Program-made: the position numbers and the translations under genes | Part shown: piece by piece, positions 1 through 14,700 of the stretch | Position numbering within the stretch: position 1 is the stretch's first letter | How the letters are laid out: the number at the start of each line of letters is the position of its first letter | Assembly: GCA_020536535.1 (NCBI GenBank) | Contig: JAHLWZ010000455.1 | Span: 120,741 to 184,740 of the forward strand | Source: Pelomyxa schiedti | Lineage: Eukaryota > Protista > Evosea | Reading direction: 5' to 3' | DNA length: 64,000 bases | Notes under the pieces: model-generated | The model's input: only the letters and a program-made list of their open reading frames with translations | What the model was told of the DNA's origin: nothing | Database searches by the model: none

Positions 1-190
1 GCTCTCTGTGCCCGAGATTTCTTGGGACAGGGAGCTGGGTGGGTGGGGGTGGTCTCTTGGCGGGGGTGGGGTGGTCGGATCTGTGCCCCACGACAATTGG
101 AAGAGGTTGCGGGGGTGCTGGTGGGTCTCCTTGGGGTTGCACATCTCACAATCTTCTCATCTTTTTTCTTTCTGATCGAGTCCTGGTTTT

Positions 191-508
191 GTGTGTAAAA
201 ATGTAAAGCTTCCTAGACTCCATGTTGTTCCCAAGTCACTTCAAAATGAGGGTAGATGTTCCTTTGAAAAAATGGTGATGCAGGTCAGACAAGGAAAAGA
301 GGTATTTCTCACGAAGTTCAACAATAGGTGCCTCAACTGTGGTACTGGTGACTACAGGTTGTCCACATGCCAGAGTTACAGGCATACACCTGACCCATAC
401 TGGAAACTGCAACTTCCAAAATTTTATGAGCCTAGTTGCCGGGAGCAGATTAGCGTCGTTTTTGACATCATGCTTTCTGACTTTTGTAATTTGTGGAGTG
501 TTTGTTGA
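191..508 (+). mobile_element. Possible decayed retroelement gag remnant (degenerate CCHC zinc knuckle)
   Basis: CLNCGTGDYRLSTC at 329-370 has CX2CX4(H->Y)X4C spacing; the Tyr codon tac is one C->T change from His cac. The region is CpG-poor and shows no spliced gene structure. Confidence 0.25.
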
Positions 509-676
509 ATTTGGGATTCTGGTGTGGTGCATGTGCCACTTTGGACCCATCAGGCCCCTGGCTTCCTTGGCGTGTTACTTGATTCTCTCACACGTGGCTG
601 AGTCACGCTTGCACGGTGCATCCAAACAGTTTTGGTTTGTCTTCCACGAAATATCCTTTTGATTGCTTGCTGTTCT

Positions 677-3600
677 ATGTGGAACAAAAAGCGAGTTGAT
701 TGCGGACGGGCTGCGTTTGTTGACGTGGGAGTGGCGTTGTTGTTTTCAGTGGGTGCAGGCTTCATTCTGATCATTTTTTTATTGGCGTTCACTTTCAGCC
801 AAAAAATGTAAAGCTACTGCTCACTCATGGGATTCTCTGTCACCCATCTTAACCCTCTCACGGTTTTCCTTTTCAAGGTATTCTTCCCTGGTGGAAATTA
901 CAAACGAAGCTATTGAAAGGGCAACAATGAAAGCTACCGCAAACCTTGAGACACAGCACCGGGGAATCCATTTTGCCCTGGATACATACTCTTCCATGTT
1001 CGTCAATGCACTGGAAACCCCACGTGTGCCGGCAACGGGGGCGGAATTGGCTTCGTACTCCCTGAGGAACGCTAGCTTTCCACAGTGGAATGGCTCTATT
1101 TATGCCTCATTTGAGGACTTTGGCGGACCTGCAACTGTGCTATGGCATGCAGAAAGGTTTGTTGTGACTCCTCCCTGCCAACTTACTTTTTTTTTTGTTT
1201 CCCTTCCTCAACTTGATTGAAGATACAACCAATCACAGTTGGACAAGCTAATAGATGTGCTATTTTGGCGCACAGGGGGACTTGGCCCTATAATGTCCGG
1301 CCTCATGGAAACGTGGAGTAGTACTGTTTCTCAGATGTATTCAGTTGTTGGGACCTATACCCTCATGTATCCATATTACCCGATGTTTGAGTTCTATGTA
1401 GACCTCGAAAACAATCCCAGGGTAATGGCCTTAGATCCTCTACACAACCCCTCGCGAGCATTCCTTTTAACTCCAGCTTACCTTGACCAACACGGACTCT
1501 GGACTGTTACACTCGCTACTCCAATGTACAGCAGTGATGATTCATATATTGGCCTTGCTGGATTCGACATCCGTCTGACTCGATTTCTGGACTGCATCGA
1601 GCATGCCGGTGGTTTTATTCCATTTGATGCATATGTAGTTATCCTTTCCACCACGGGCACCCTCCTTTTCGTACCACCGAAAGGTGCAAGCGATTGGGCT
1701 CCTGGTCTTTCCAACTTCTCATTTGATAGAATCAGTGGAGATGCAAAATTCAATGAAACGTATTGGAACATTCTCACAAACCCCCTCTACGCTGAGGTTG
1801 CACAGTCCGTTTGCGACTCATCGTATAGCAACAAATGTGTGGCCACCGAAACAGGACACAATGAGGTCCACTTGTGTGGAAACAAGCGCCTCATTTCGTG
1901 GCAGGCTCTCCTTGATTATTGGATCGTCATTTGTGTTGCAGATAGAGACAAAGCTGTGGCAGTGCAAAGAAAAGCCAAGTGGATCAATCTTGTAGTATCT
2001 TCAACTCTTGGGCTAGTTGTTGCTCTTGCTGCAGTGGCATGTATTTTCGACATATTTTTACTCGTTTATATCTAACATCCTTGCTCAACCAAAACAGAGT
2101 ATTGCCGCCTATGTGATTAAAAGAATGCAAAACCGAAGTATGTCCAATAAAATAAATGACCTGCATGCACAACTGGACAAAGAAAGGCACAGTCACCTCC
2201 TCGTTTCAGACAACAACGGGGAAAAGGATACAAAGGGCTTAACTGGTAACATACACAATGTATGGAAGAAACCATTTCGTCGTAAGTCTTAGCAATGAAC
2301 ACAGATAGTTGAGACACTTAAAGGCCTCTGTGGCCAACTGGATGATGAGGACAGTTCCATTGTTCAGGAGGCCATAGCACTTCTTGTTCACAGGGATTTT
2401 TCTGGTATCATCCCCCCAGCGTACACCGAAGTTATTTAAACTCACAATTGCTGCTAGTTGTGCACCCCCGCGCTCCATTGAATGAGACTCAAAAGCGATT
2501 CATCCATGATTGTGGAATCGATGTGCAGGAAAGTGGAAAAGAACCCCCACGTTCGGCGTCAGGTCCCCCGACTCACCGAGAACTAAGTCACGGTAACAAG
2601 GAAAACCTTGCGGCTGTTTTCTATATTGCTCGCAGTGCAGATATCAACAAGTGGGACTTCAGTGTTTTTGAGTATGAGGTAGAGAAATTCGTAATAATAT
2701 TTTTTTCACTGGTCATTTAATTCAATATGTAGAAAGAAACTAAGAAGACTGGTTTGTGTTCTAGCAGTCCTGGGCTTTTACCTTGCCTTCTTTTTGCAAT
2801 ATTGAAGCAGTGGAAACTGTTCAAGTGTCTTGATATCGACAAACATAAGCTTCTTAATTTCGCCCATGCTCTGGATTCGGCCTACTGCTATGGCCAGGAG
2901 CATGGTGCTGAAGAGAATCCTTATCACAACCGCCTTCATGCCGCTGATGTGATGCACTCCATGTTTTACATGCTCAATGTAGCTCGGCGTTGCTCACAGC
3001 CTCTGGACGAGGTTATCACGCCTCTGGATTTGCTTGCTTGTACTATTGCCGCACTCATTCACGATTTCAAACACCCTGGCAGGAACAATAATTTTCTCAA
3101 AGTTACATTACATAAAATACACACATCGTATGGGGATTCAGTATTGGAAAGGCATCATCTCAACATGGCATTTGGCCTTCTTTTTGATGAAAGCAAAAAC
3201 TGCAATGCACTTGCAGGGATGCCTATATCTCAGCAGATAGAATTTCATTCTCTCGTAATGGAACTTGTATTAGCAACAGATATGGCCAAGTACGTCTCCA
3301 GCCTGTGCAAATTAATTCTCACCACTTTTTTTTATTTTATTATTCTTATAATAATACCCACAGGCATGTTGAAATTCTCGACTCTTTCCGGTCCTGGTTC
3401 AGCACACAGTCAAGGCCACCTTCTTCTGGTGATCCAGAGATCCCCCCTTCGCCACTCATACCTTTTATCGACGGAAGAGGGAAGCTTCTTGTATTGCAAG
3501 TACTCATAAAAGCGGCGGACTTGTGCAACGTATTTAGAAAGTGGCAAGACTGTAAAACGTGGACGATGATGCTCGCCAGAGAGCTGTTGCAGCAAGGACA

Positions 3601-3857
3601 AGATGAAGCAAGAATAGGGCTTCCTGTTTCTCAGTTTATGGATGGGTCTCTTCCCCCGGCTGAAGTGCAGGTAAAAAATAGAAAGTACTTCCTTCAAACC
3701 AACATAACCACAGATAACGTTCATTCCACTAATGGTTCTACCACTACTGCACTCCATTGTGGCCCTCTTCCCAGATCTTAAAGATCTTGAGAAAGAAGCA
3801 TGTGCAAACTTGAGGGAGTGGCGAAACGTACTCAGTGGGAAGCCTGGTGCACCATGA
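677..3857 (+). CDS. Transmembrane receptor-type class I cyclic nucleotide phosphodiesterase with extracellular Cache-like domain (multi-exon)
   Basis: ATG 677, then TM helix (VGVALLFSVGAGFILIIFLLAFTF). Cache-like segment PAYLDQHGLWTVTLATPMY..IGLAGFDI..AYVVILSTTGTLL. Second TM at ~1985-2045. PDE motifs NPYHNRLHAADV, IHDFKHPG, SVLERHH, LATDMAK, IKAADL, QITFI. Stop tga 3855-3857 after splicing. Confidence 0.88.
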
Positions 3858-4149
3858 CATTTGTAAAAAACCAAAAAAAATGATATTGTACAAGATGGCC
3901 CCTGCTTGTGGTGTAAAAAGAATAGAGAAAAAGAACGGAAGATTTACGTGCCTTTAGTAGACACGAGTTTTATTTAACGTTTAAATAAGCGCTACATAGA
4001 TCAGGGGGTTAGTGGTGTCAAAAGGGTGATGTAATTAGCAGGTGTCAAATCCAGATTTGGATCAGTTGTAGTTGTCTTTCAGTTAAGACGTTTTGGCAGA
4101 TCTCAAAAAAAAAGTGAAGATCTCAAAGCGGTGCTCACTGCTCGCGAGT

Positions 4150-6402
4150 ATGAACGGGGAGCTGTTAAGGATTGTGGCGTGTATAATTGTGCTGTGGACT
4201 GGAGCCACATGCGGATCTAAGAGTAAAGGAGCGTGCCAATTTGGGCTGTGCTATACTTTGAACAAGGCCGACTGCTTAAACGATCAAGAGTGCGCTTGGA
4301 ATGCAGAATGGGAATGTGAAGTGGACAACTGCTTGGCATCTTTGTCAAAAACTGAATGTCACTGGGATCCAAGGTTTGTACAAAGTGTTGGCTTTTCTTT
4401 TAATCTTTTTTTCCGTTAGATGCTTCTGGGGTACCTGCTTATTGTGAGTGGTAAAGGCGAATCTTACCGGGTTTTAGATTCTGGTATTTGTCGTTCAACG
4501 TGTTTGCATCATGCAAAATCGCGTCAAGAGTGTGAGATGTATAATGAATGTAAGTGGTCTGCTTCCACAAAGGACAAAAAAGAAGACAAGGCCGCCTGTA
4601 TCCAGAAGAGGTTAGAGAGATTGTTCTTACCTATTTCTAATGCAGCTTTTTAAGCTATGGCAATGCATCTTGTCTCAAGTCTGCCTCTTAGTGCTTAGTT
4701 CTACTATTTTTGTAAAGAAATTTCCAGATTCAAGTCGGCAGAAACATGTTTGGCAGATTTTTGCTATTGGGACTATTTCACAAATACCTGTATGAGGATT
4801 TATTTCGTGGTGGTTTTGGCTCCCCATCATGAATAGGTAGAAAGCCCGGGACTACGGACAGGAAATGCGAGAATAAAAACTATACTGTATGAATTCTCCT
4901 TCAGGAAGTCTGTGGATAACAAGAATGCGTGTAGGAATGTCTTGATAATAAAAAATGCATGTGGGTTCCATCTGATGGAGTACTCGCAATTGGTATGTTA
5001 CCTTAATTCCGTTCTTGGGATAAAACTGTTGCACAGAAAAGTGCACTCCTGATCAGTGTGCACTTCTGAGTAAAAGTCGGTGTCGAAAGGCTTGGTCAGT
5101 GTGCTCATGGAATGCAACATCGAGGACTTGCAGGTGAGACTGAGGTGTTCTGATTAGTTTGACTAAAAATGTCAAAGGAACTTATGTGCCGGAAATGATA
5201 TCAATATTTGTTCCAAGAATCCCCAGTGTGTATGGGTTCAACCATATGATGACATACAGGGTCTTTGTCGAAGAGGGTTATGCAGTAGTTTGGCACAGAC
5301 CAACTCTTCTCTGTGCCAGAGTATAAATCCCCTTTTTGTATGTGCAGTTTCTAATTCTCCACTTTCAGGTTCCCCATTAAACTGTGTCTGGGATCCAGAT
5401 TTGAGGAAGTGTTCAACTGATGTATGTGTAATTGCTTCAACTGAAGAGGTAGTGCATCGATTTGAAACTCCTCATTTGCAAAAATGGAGTACAGGTCTGC
5501 AACAGTCTGTCCATAGGAAATAGGCAGTGCAAATGGAGCAGTACTACCAAATGCCGTGATGTGTGTCTAAAGGCTAGTACCCAAGAGGAGTGCCTTATTG
5601 CGTCAAAGACGGGGCAGTGCTACTGGAATGAAACCACACGATTTTGCTCTTTTGGTTTGGGGAATTGTCTTAATGGTTCTTACTCCATGGCTAGTAAGTG
5701 GATACAAACTGTGCTCAAATAAAACAAGCTCGGTTTCCTGTTCCGCGTATGTAAGAAAAGGCGTTTAACGAACTGACCTTTTACAGAACAACTATATGTA
5801 AATGGACTGCTGATGGATGTATCTATAATGCACTGTGTAGTCCACTGCAGGTACTCAAAAAACTATCAGAGAAATTAAACAAACATGCCAAAAAGGAGAA
5901 GGCATCATGTAACAGAGAAGCAGGTTATTACTTATATTACCTTAAGCCCGTGCAATAGCTCAACTATGGAACAGAGTGTGCATGGGATTCAACAAAGCAG
6001 TTATGCGTGAGCACGTGTGGCTCAATTCGGGACATAAGCAGTTGCACAGCGACGGGGACTTGCCTATGGGTCGAACCATTTGACCCCTTTAAAACTGTGA
6101 TGATTATCCTGTGCTGTGTGGCTGGGGTCCTCGTCCTTGGAATAGTGTGCTCCGCTCCTTCAATTCAAATCTAATCGCAATACATTAGGCAGCTACAACC
6201 ATCGCGTGTACCCACTACAAATGTAAAAAGATAAAGGCTCCATTCCTGGGTTACATGTATGCACTCAACCTTCTTTCTCTCAACATTCACAAAAAAAAGG
6301 CTGTTGCACACAAGCAAAGGCAACACCGTGGATTTGTTTGGCGAGAACGTTCCGCAAACAGAAACAACCACTGACTCCAACAATATCTTAACTTCTAGTT
6401 GA
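4150..6402 (+). CDS. Cysteine-rich type I membrane protein with repeated C-x-W (PSI-like) modules (very intron-rich)
   Basis: Signal peptide MNGELLRIVACIIVLWTGATC. Many short C..C..CxW..C repeats across many small exons. C-terminal TM VMIILCCVAGVLVLGIV (~6097-6147) and a short cytoplasmic tail. Confidence 0.7.
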
Positions 6403-6525
6403 ATGAAGGGATATTTCCACAGTCATTTTTCTTGCGAAAGATGCTGGGTGGCCCATCATCGCTTTTTTTTTCTTTCCCTGAAAAGGGATCGATCTGGTTT
6501 TGTCGCTACGCGAAATCGAGCGGTC

Positions 6526-8412
6526 ATGTCGTTGGCTGTTGTTGTGGTTGTGGTGACCCTCGTCGTTGGTGGTGCCGTGGCTACCACATACCCTGACATC
6601 GATGCTATTGTGGAGTACATCGTGTCTGATTCTGTAAGCGATCCCTTCCGCTCTACTTGCCACATTCGTAGTTCCCTTATGGTGCCCTCCTTCCTTGGTG
6701 GTTCTTGCAGGCTCAATATGAGAGACTGGGAGTATTGACTGACAATTACCCATCACGGATGTCTAGCAGTCAAGTACTGGAAGGTTCATTTTATGCAGTT
6801 GCATTCCCCCCACTTTCAGTGGCGAGAATCCACCAACGCTCTCCCCAAAAGATGCCATTGATTGGTGCTACTCTGAGATGGTAGCTGAGGGAATGCAGGC
6901 ACATACCGAGGATGTTGAAGTTCCAAATTGGTATCACAATCACGAAAACGACCTGCTTGCACTACTGTCCCCTGGAATGCAAAGGAACCTTACTGTTACG
7001 GCTCTAGGAAGTTCAATAGGAACAAGTTGACCTGACTTGTTTACATTACCACTCATTATTTATAGGCGGTATCACTGCTACTGCTCTGGTTGTTTCTAGT
7101 TTTGAGGAACTTACCAATAGAAGCGCGGATGCTGTTGGAAAAAGTATAACCACACTTGAATTGCACATCAACCCACAATCTTAGTTGTTGTTTATGATGT
7201 ACCTTTTACCACCTATGGAGAAGCCGCAGCGTACCGATGGCATGGTGCTGAAGAGGCTGCAAAAGTTGGAGCGTAATTCTCTCATCCGAAATTTTATATA
7301 TCTCTGATTTCTGGTGCACTTCAGGGTTGCTTCTTTGACAATGTCTGTTACCTCCAAATCCCTCTACACTCTTCACAAAGGGGATTCAATTACTGCCTCA
7401 ATACCAGCTGGATCAATTACCAGTAACCTTCTTCGCTATTACACAGCATTTGATTTGACTTGTCTTTCCCTTTTATGTAGCGGAAGATGCGGCAATGCTC
7501 CACAGAATGCAACACAGAAACACAGTATTTATTTACATACTAAAGGCGAATTCCAAAACACATCATAGCCACCTCTGTTACACCTTGTTCTCGACTGTGA
7601 GCTTCGAGGGACTGCAACATCTAGAAACCTTATTGTAGATATTCCTGGCACTGAAATTCCAAATGAGCTAGTCATTGTTAGTGGCCATTTCGACACGTGC
7701 ATAACCTCTAAATATAATTAATTAAAGCAATAAACGCGAAGTTCATGCTTTTTAGATGGGATGACTATTTCCCAGGAGCTCATGATGATGGAGCTGGAAC
7801 ATTTGCGGCCTGGCAAGTTGTGCGTGCACTACACTTTACAGGACTTTCTGCACGTCGTACTATACGCGCAATATTCTGGACATGTGAGGAGTTCGGCTGG
7901 GATCTCTCAGGATATGGTGGCGAATCTTATGCTGCTGCACACGCTTCTGAACTTGGGAACTACTCATTGGCCATCGAGATGGACTCAGGGGCATTTGCGC
8001 CATCCTATTGGTCTTTTACTGGTACTGATGAGGCTATAGAAGCATTACAGCCTGTTGTGGAACAATTGAACCTGTACGGAATGAACACCACTGTAATTAG
8101 GGGGCCCGCCGGTGTTGGTGTGTAGAACAAGTACAAGTTAAACCAAAATAATGTTGACTATCCTCAGATACAGAAGCAATGGAGAGAGCTGGAGTACCCG
8201 CAATGACTCTCGAAGTTGATGTTACAGACACTACCTACTACAGCTTCCATCATACCCGAGCGGATTCATTTGACAAAGTCGCTATCAAGGATTTCAATGA
8301 TTGCTCAGCAGCACTAGCAGTAATGACGAAAATGGTAGCAGATATGGACACACTCCTACCACGCACACAAGCTAAGAACCCCAAAGCGGCATTCTCGGCA
8401 GGCGATTTTTGA
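6526..8412 (+). CDS. CPQ: Carboxypeptidase Q / plasma glutamate carboxypeptidase-like (peptidase M28)
   Basis: Signal peptide; YERLGVLTDNYPSR; VEVPNW. Zn-ligand motifs VSGHFDT|WD, GAHDDGAG, WTCEEFG, IEMDSG, FHHTRADSFDKV, joined by GT-AG introns. Confidence 0.88.
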
Positions 8413-8786
8413 TCCAGGACCCATAAGTACCCCCCCACAGAATACCTACATCTAAAAAGAAGGCCAAACTCACAAAAATCTCGGGAGTGCGAAGTTGTGC
8501 TGTTACTTCGGTTGCTTGAAATTCAAAGATTATCAAAAAACAATGAAGAGCGCAGCACAAGGACGCCAGCAAAATTTTCAATTAAAAAAATTCCTTCGAC
8601 TTCTACCCAGAATGTCGTACGCAGACAACGCCACCACTCCTTTTTTTCCCACTGAAAGTGTGGGGTTTTCCCGGGCTCTCAATTGAGTAACTTGACGACA
8701 TCAACGTCTGTTGCCCGGTAATCAATCGCGATTCCTGTAACGAAATTCTGGGACTAGTACAAAAAGAACAACAAACACAGCCGAAG

Positions 8787-11700
8787 ATGACGGACAAGTG
8801 CCAATGCGGACGTTTCGACCCGGATCTCTGGCGTAGAGACCGATGCAAGACGTGTTTTCACAGCAATGCACAACACACTCCAGACGGATGGTGATCGACC
8901 AACTTTTTTCTTTGTTTTGTTTCGCGTTGTTTTTGGTTCCTCTTGCTCGATTCCACTCTCTCTTCTCTCGTTGTTGGTAGTGAGTGGTTAATGTGTGAAT
9001 TAGCACCGGGGAACAAAGTGGCGACAGAGCTACGCGGGCCACGTCACGGACAACCATTCCTGCTTCAACAAGCTTCGGCAGACTAGTACAAAAAGTCATG
9101 GCTGAATCCGCCAACGACAAAACCGCTACCGCAGAGAAACCCACCACGTCAACAACAGCGACGCCGGCTCAGACACAGGCCGAGACCCCGACTACGCCGG
9201 CAAAGACCGAGACCCAGGCGCAGACGCCGGCCCAGACAACTGCGCCCACGACGACGGCTACGCCTGCCGAGGCCACCGGGGCGATTCACAGGTCTTCTTC
9301 TGGCTTGGCTGCAAGGCTTGCCTTGTTTTCCGGCGGCAGCGAGCAGGCCCCGGCCCCGACGGTGCACCCGGGCAGGGGCGCGTCCCAGCCGACACTCACG
9401 AGAACTCCCTCCAAGACTTTCGGGTCTGGCGCTCTGCGGGCTTCTCCGGGAGACGCCTCGGCTTCCAAGACCCCCACTAAGACACCTGGTGACTCCAGCG
9501 TCGCCAAGCCGGTCCGTACATTTGGTAGTCATGTGGTATCGCCTAAACCGCCGGCAGTCGAAACTTCTGCTGAAAGCACAACTGCAACGGCAACCCCCAT
9601 GAAACCAGCTTCCACTGCTTCCGCTACAGTTGAATCTCCCATGAAATCAACTTCTTCCACCTCAACTGCAGTTGAATCCCACGAAGAGATACCCCCCGTT
9701 TCGGGCTATACTACGGATATCACCCCAGTAACCAGTTCTACATCAGACAGCACCCCAATGACTGTGGCGTCGGTTAAAGCAGCAGTATTATTTAGGGATC
9801 CCCTTATCTCTGCCAAGGTTTGCCAAAAATATGCACGCACCTTATAATGTGTACAACAGAAAACTCTTGATAATGCCATTGCAGCCACCCCTAATACCAC
9901 CGTTGGTTCTACTGACCAAAGGCGCGAATTTTTCCGCGAACTTGAGGCCATGTCACAACGTATACGCACTCAAACAAACTCAGGAACGAATACCTCTGAA
10001 GTACAAAAAGTTCCCAAAAATATTACTCTTATCGTTGCTGTAGTTGGTTGTATGGATGCCTGATTTTGCCAAGCATATCACTCATATGAAACAAAAATCA
10101 AATCTGTGTTCCACATTCTCTGCTGTCATCACCGTTTTTCGTGCTTCAGTAACTGTAATGTCTGAGATATTGTGTTCCATGCTGAAGGGTGAAAAGGTTG
10201 GTTTTCTTTCATGTGCTGAACTAATGCTTGGTAGATGATTGATGTGATCAAACTAGACACTTCTATTACTGGGTACAATTGCCTCCATGTGTGTGCACTT
10301 ATAGGAAGTGCAAATGTGATGCAGCAATGCATTTCTCAAGCAAGTGCCGAAACACTGGTAATCATTAGTAGTCAAACATTGCTAAGTTTTTACTGACTAT
10401 CCCTTAGAGTAAATTAAATGCCCCTACCGCAAAAGAGAAATTGTTTCCTGTGCATATTGCAACCATTTTGGATAATTGTGAGATGCTAGAGATTCTCCGA
10501 GGAGCTGGAAATACATTAGTCACACCTAAGTTCAAAGGAGATACCATTGCACATTTGGCAGTGCGTTATGCTGGGTCACGAAAGATGTTGCAGTTGGTTT
10601 GTAGGTCTGCACTCAGATTTGTTACTCTTTGCTGATTTGACCCTCAGTGAACCCTACATTGCACTTGGCCTTCATGAAGGAAATCAGGCTGGTGACTTTC
10701 CTCTGCACTTACTGCCCGAATCAACGGCTACTGAAAAAGAAGCCATTTGGACAGAGAGCTTTTCTTGTTGCTCCCTTAATCTTAGTTCCCAAGACTCGAA
10801 TGGGTGCACAATTTTACACAGGTTCTCTTGTAAAGCTAATTGTCATCCACTAATTTCTACCAGAGCAATTGCGGCACTCGAAGTACCTATTGTAAAAATG
10901 CTCCTTTCTTCCGATGCGCTCGATCCAAATGCCGTAGATAAGCTTGAGAGAACCTGCTGGCATCATGCACTTACTACCCTTGCTAAAACTGGAGTAACTC
11001 CAGCAAGGATTTCTGTTTTGCAACTTCTACTTGGTTGCCCAAGGTTAACAAACATTAACAAGCCTGACAGCAAAGGATTGACACCAATTCAAATGTTTGT
11101 TGTTAATTGAGCATTCCAACATATCTAATTACAAGTAAGGGCAACAGCAGCGAAAGCAACGGCGGTGATACAATTACTGTGTTCTGGTAAAGGAGTTGAA
11201 ATAAGTGTTACCACCCTTGACTGTGCAGCCAAGTATGGGGCTGAAGGGTGGCCACTGATGGATATGTTCCTAAAGACTGGGAAATGTGCCATTAAGGTTC
11301 TTTCCCCTTATCCTTTTTTTCCCTTTCCTAAGTACCATTTCCAGGGCAACAAAGTGATGGAAATCCTGTTGGCTGGGAAAAACGTCCAAATTGTTAGTGA
11401 CGTGGCCAAAAAATATCCTCAAGTGATTACCGATATGGTGCATTTGCAATTTTACTACTACCAACCCTAACTATGGATACAAAAACAGGCACCCACTGTT
11501 CTAGACTCTATCATTGAAAAAGCTGTTCTCTATAAACAGCTGGAAATCATTACAATCCTTGTTGGCGTTGATAAAGTCAACAGATTCACTAATTCTGTAG
11601 GACCGTCCGCATTTCTACGTTCCTGTGGTGCGCCTCACATGGCAGTTCAACTCGCAGCCCATGTTGAAGAATGCTTACCACTGATGACTGAAATTCTTTC

Positions 11701-14700
11701 GTCACCGCATGTCGATATAATGCCCACTGCCATTCATTTTGCAGAAAAGCATGAAAGGGAAGAAATCTGTGAACCTCTAATGAAGATGTTCGTTGTGCAT
11801 GGAAGTGTCCGTTGTACAGATCTGATGCTTGCCATCAAATGTTCCGTGGAATCGCCATTATTCTCCATTATTTCGTCTTCTGCGCACTTTAAGGTGAACG
11901 AACCCTCTAGCAAAGGCGGTTATATCCTGCATGAGATTCAGGACAACGACAGTTTATTAGCAGTTCTTAAATTGGACCCCGATCTTTCCGTACTTGACAA
12001 GAACGAAAGCACACCACTCATGATATATGCCTTAAAATCTATTGTCATGGCAAACACAATAATCAAGGCTGGGTCCCCAATAAACACGAAGGACAAACAA
12101 GGGAATACCCCACTGCACAATGCAAGCTGGTCTGAGGAGTTATGTGCTGCCTTGTTTGAGAAGGGCGCAACAGTTGATGTAGTGAACCAAGCCAATGAAA
12201 CACCCCTACACTTGGCCGTGAAAAAATCTCTGGCCGCAACGTCATTACTTCTTGAGCACGGTGCTGCAGCAAATGCAACTGACTTAAACGGAAATGTTCC
12301 TGTAGAGACACTCTTACTATTAACAGGGGATAAAAAGTACAGAGAATCTGACGCAGTCGTTGTATTCCAAGTTTGTAATGGAGATATATTACTTCTTCTA
12401 ATTTTATCCTCAGAAAATGCTTTCTACACCCGGGTTTGATGTTAATGTAAAATTTAAGAGTGGTAACACTCTTTTGGGAATAGCAATGGCTTATGATTTA
12501 AACCAATTCGTTGAAATCTTGATGCAATACGAGAACTTGGATTGCAGTTGCACTTTTATGTACACTGTTTGTCAGAAGAAGTACACAATAACTCCTCTTC
12601 TCAAGTGCTTCGTGACAGGAAATATGGTGTGTGATCTTTCATCAAGATCCCAAGCTAACGCCAGACAGGAAGGCGCATTGAACTTGCTTCAAAGACCAGG
12701 TGGGGGTGTTATTTCAGAAACCTGTGAGTGGAATCCCATTCACCTTGCTTGTTTTCTTGGCCAACCTCAGATTTTATCTGCCTTACTGGAACAGGAATCC
12801 CAAGCCTGTGGTGCTAATGCGAAGCGCCCAAGCCAAGCACTGTGCAAAATGACGGGTCTAAGTTCATTCCATACAGCTTCACACAACCATTCGTGCGATT
12901 GCATGAATGCCCTCCTTTCACATGCAAAATGGAACTCCTCCTTGTGCACTCCTGATAGCAAGACCCCACTTCAGGTACATGTCCCTCCCTTTTTTTTTTT
13001 TTTTTTGCTGAGCTTACACTTGATTAGTTTGCGCTAGAGCATCTTCCCCCCTTCACTAGCACTGCCAGTTTGTTCCTCAGTCACACAGATCCAAGTAACG
13101 CTTTAACATCTACCTGGGAGAAATCAAAGGAAGAGAATGAGGCACTACTTGAACAACAGATCCAATCTGAATGGTACCCCATGATGCAAATAATGAGAGG
13201 AGACTTCCCTTTTGAAAAATGGGAATTCACAGGAATATTTAAAACCACTGGACAGATTGTTGCTGGTGATCCAGCCGAGTTTTCTCGGTTATTCCCTCAA
13301 CTCGATGAGGCTAGTTTTGTGGAAATGGTGCAGTTTGCTGAAGACCTTCAAGAGGGGGATATACCTACATTACTGTGCACTACCCCACCTGAACACGGGA
13401 AACTTGTGCCACTTGGCCCGAAGTACTTCAACGTTCCACACTTTTTTTTTTTTGTACTCCCTACATTCCTCTGAACTGCTCCAAGGTTATTATACTATGG
13501 AACTGACACTCAAGTTCTTAAAGACGTCAAAGTAACATACTGTGGCAAACTTCTTGTTTTTATACATGCAAAGTGCTGCAGTACACTCGTTTTTGTGACC
13601 CATGCCCGTCGACCTCTTGTTTTTATGTGGTCTAATATCGCATTCTCACCAAAATTTACCAATGTTGTGATGCAATTTATAACGAGATGGAATGCATGTT
13701 GTCTTACTGCCGCTAAAATTCATGACTTCTGTTTCGTTGACGAGGAGTTACCTGGTGGTCTCTTTTGCACGGATTCGCGCTCACCACAACAACAAACACA
13801 ACAAGATGAAGAAAATATTCAACAGATCAAGCAACTACTCAAATCAATGGAGACCGAACTTACACATATAAAACGAGAACCAACCGAAGAGCATGTCCCA
13901 GATGTCCCTTCTGAGGAAAGAATCGTTTCTGAAACAACCAGCATTCCAGCTACTCAACCAAGTGACGCTCCTGTCCACGATTTGCAAAAAGAGGCTCTAC
14001 CAAAAGAAGAGGTAGTTGTGGAATCATGCAGAGAAAGCATTGAAGAATCTTCTGCAACCACACCAACAACACAGGAAACGGAACACACTGGAGAAACCAA
14101 AGATATCAAGACCGTTTCAGAATCTATAGTGTCGGAATCCACGATGCCCGAAATCACCCCAGGTCCAACGACCACACAGGAAAATGCCGTACAAGCAACT
14201 ACTGTACCAGAATCTACAGTGATTGAAAATCCCTCCAGCACAACCACTGCACAGGAAACTGCCGTGCCAACACCCACAGTTCTGGAAGCCACCAGCAATA
14301 CAATAACCACACAGGAAAATACTGTATCGGAACCCACTGTGCTCCAATCGGCCGTGCCAGAAGAAACCCCCGTTCCCGCGGTGACACAGGAAGCCGTGCC
14401 AGAAACCACACTGCCAAAAGCCACCTTGGATACAACAATCACGCAGGAAACTGTTGAGACTGAAACCAAATCCACCGTGCCTGAAACCACTCCGGAGCCA
14501 ACAACCACACAAGAAACCAGCGTGTCAGAATTTGCTGTGCCCGAATCCAAGTCAACAGAGCAGGAAGCCACATCCATCCCAACAACCACACAGGAAACCA
14601 CTGCACCTGAAACCACTCTGGAGCCAACAACCACACAAGAAACCAGCGCCTCAGAATCCGCCTTGGCCGAAGCCAAGACAACAGAGCAGGAAGCCACTCC

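Noticed and set aside
4003-4053. tRNA/Pol III A- and B-box-like sequence
   Set aside because: No cloverleaf can be folded.
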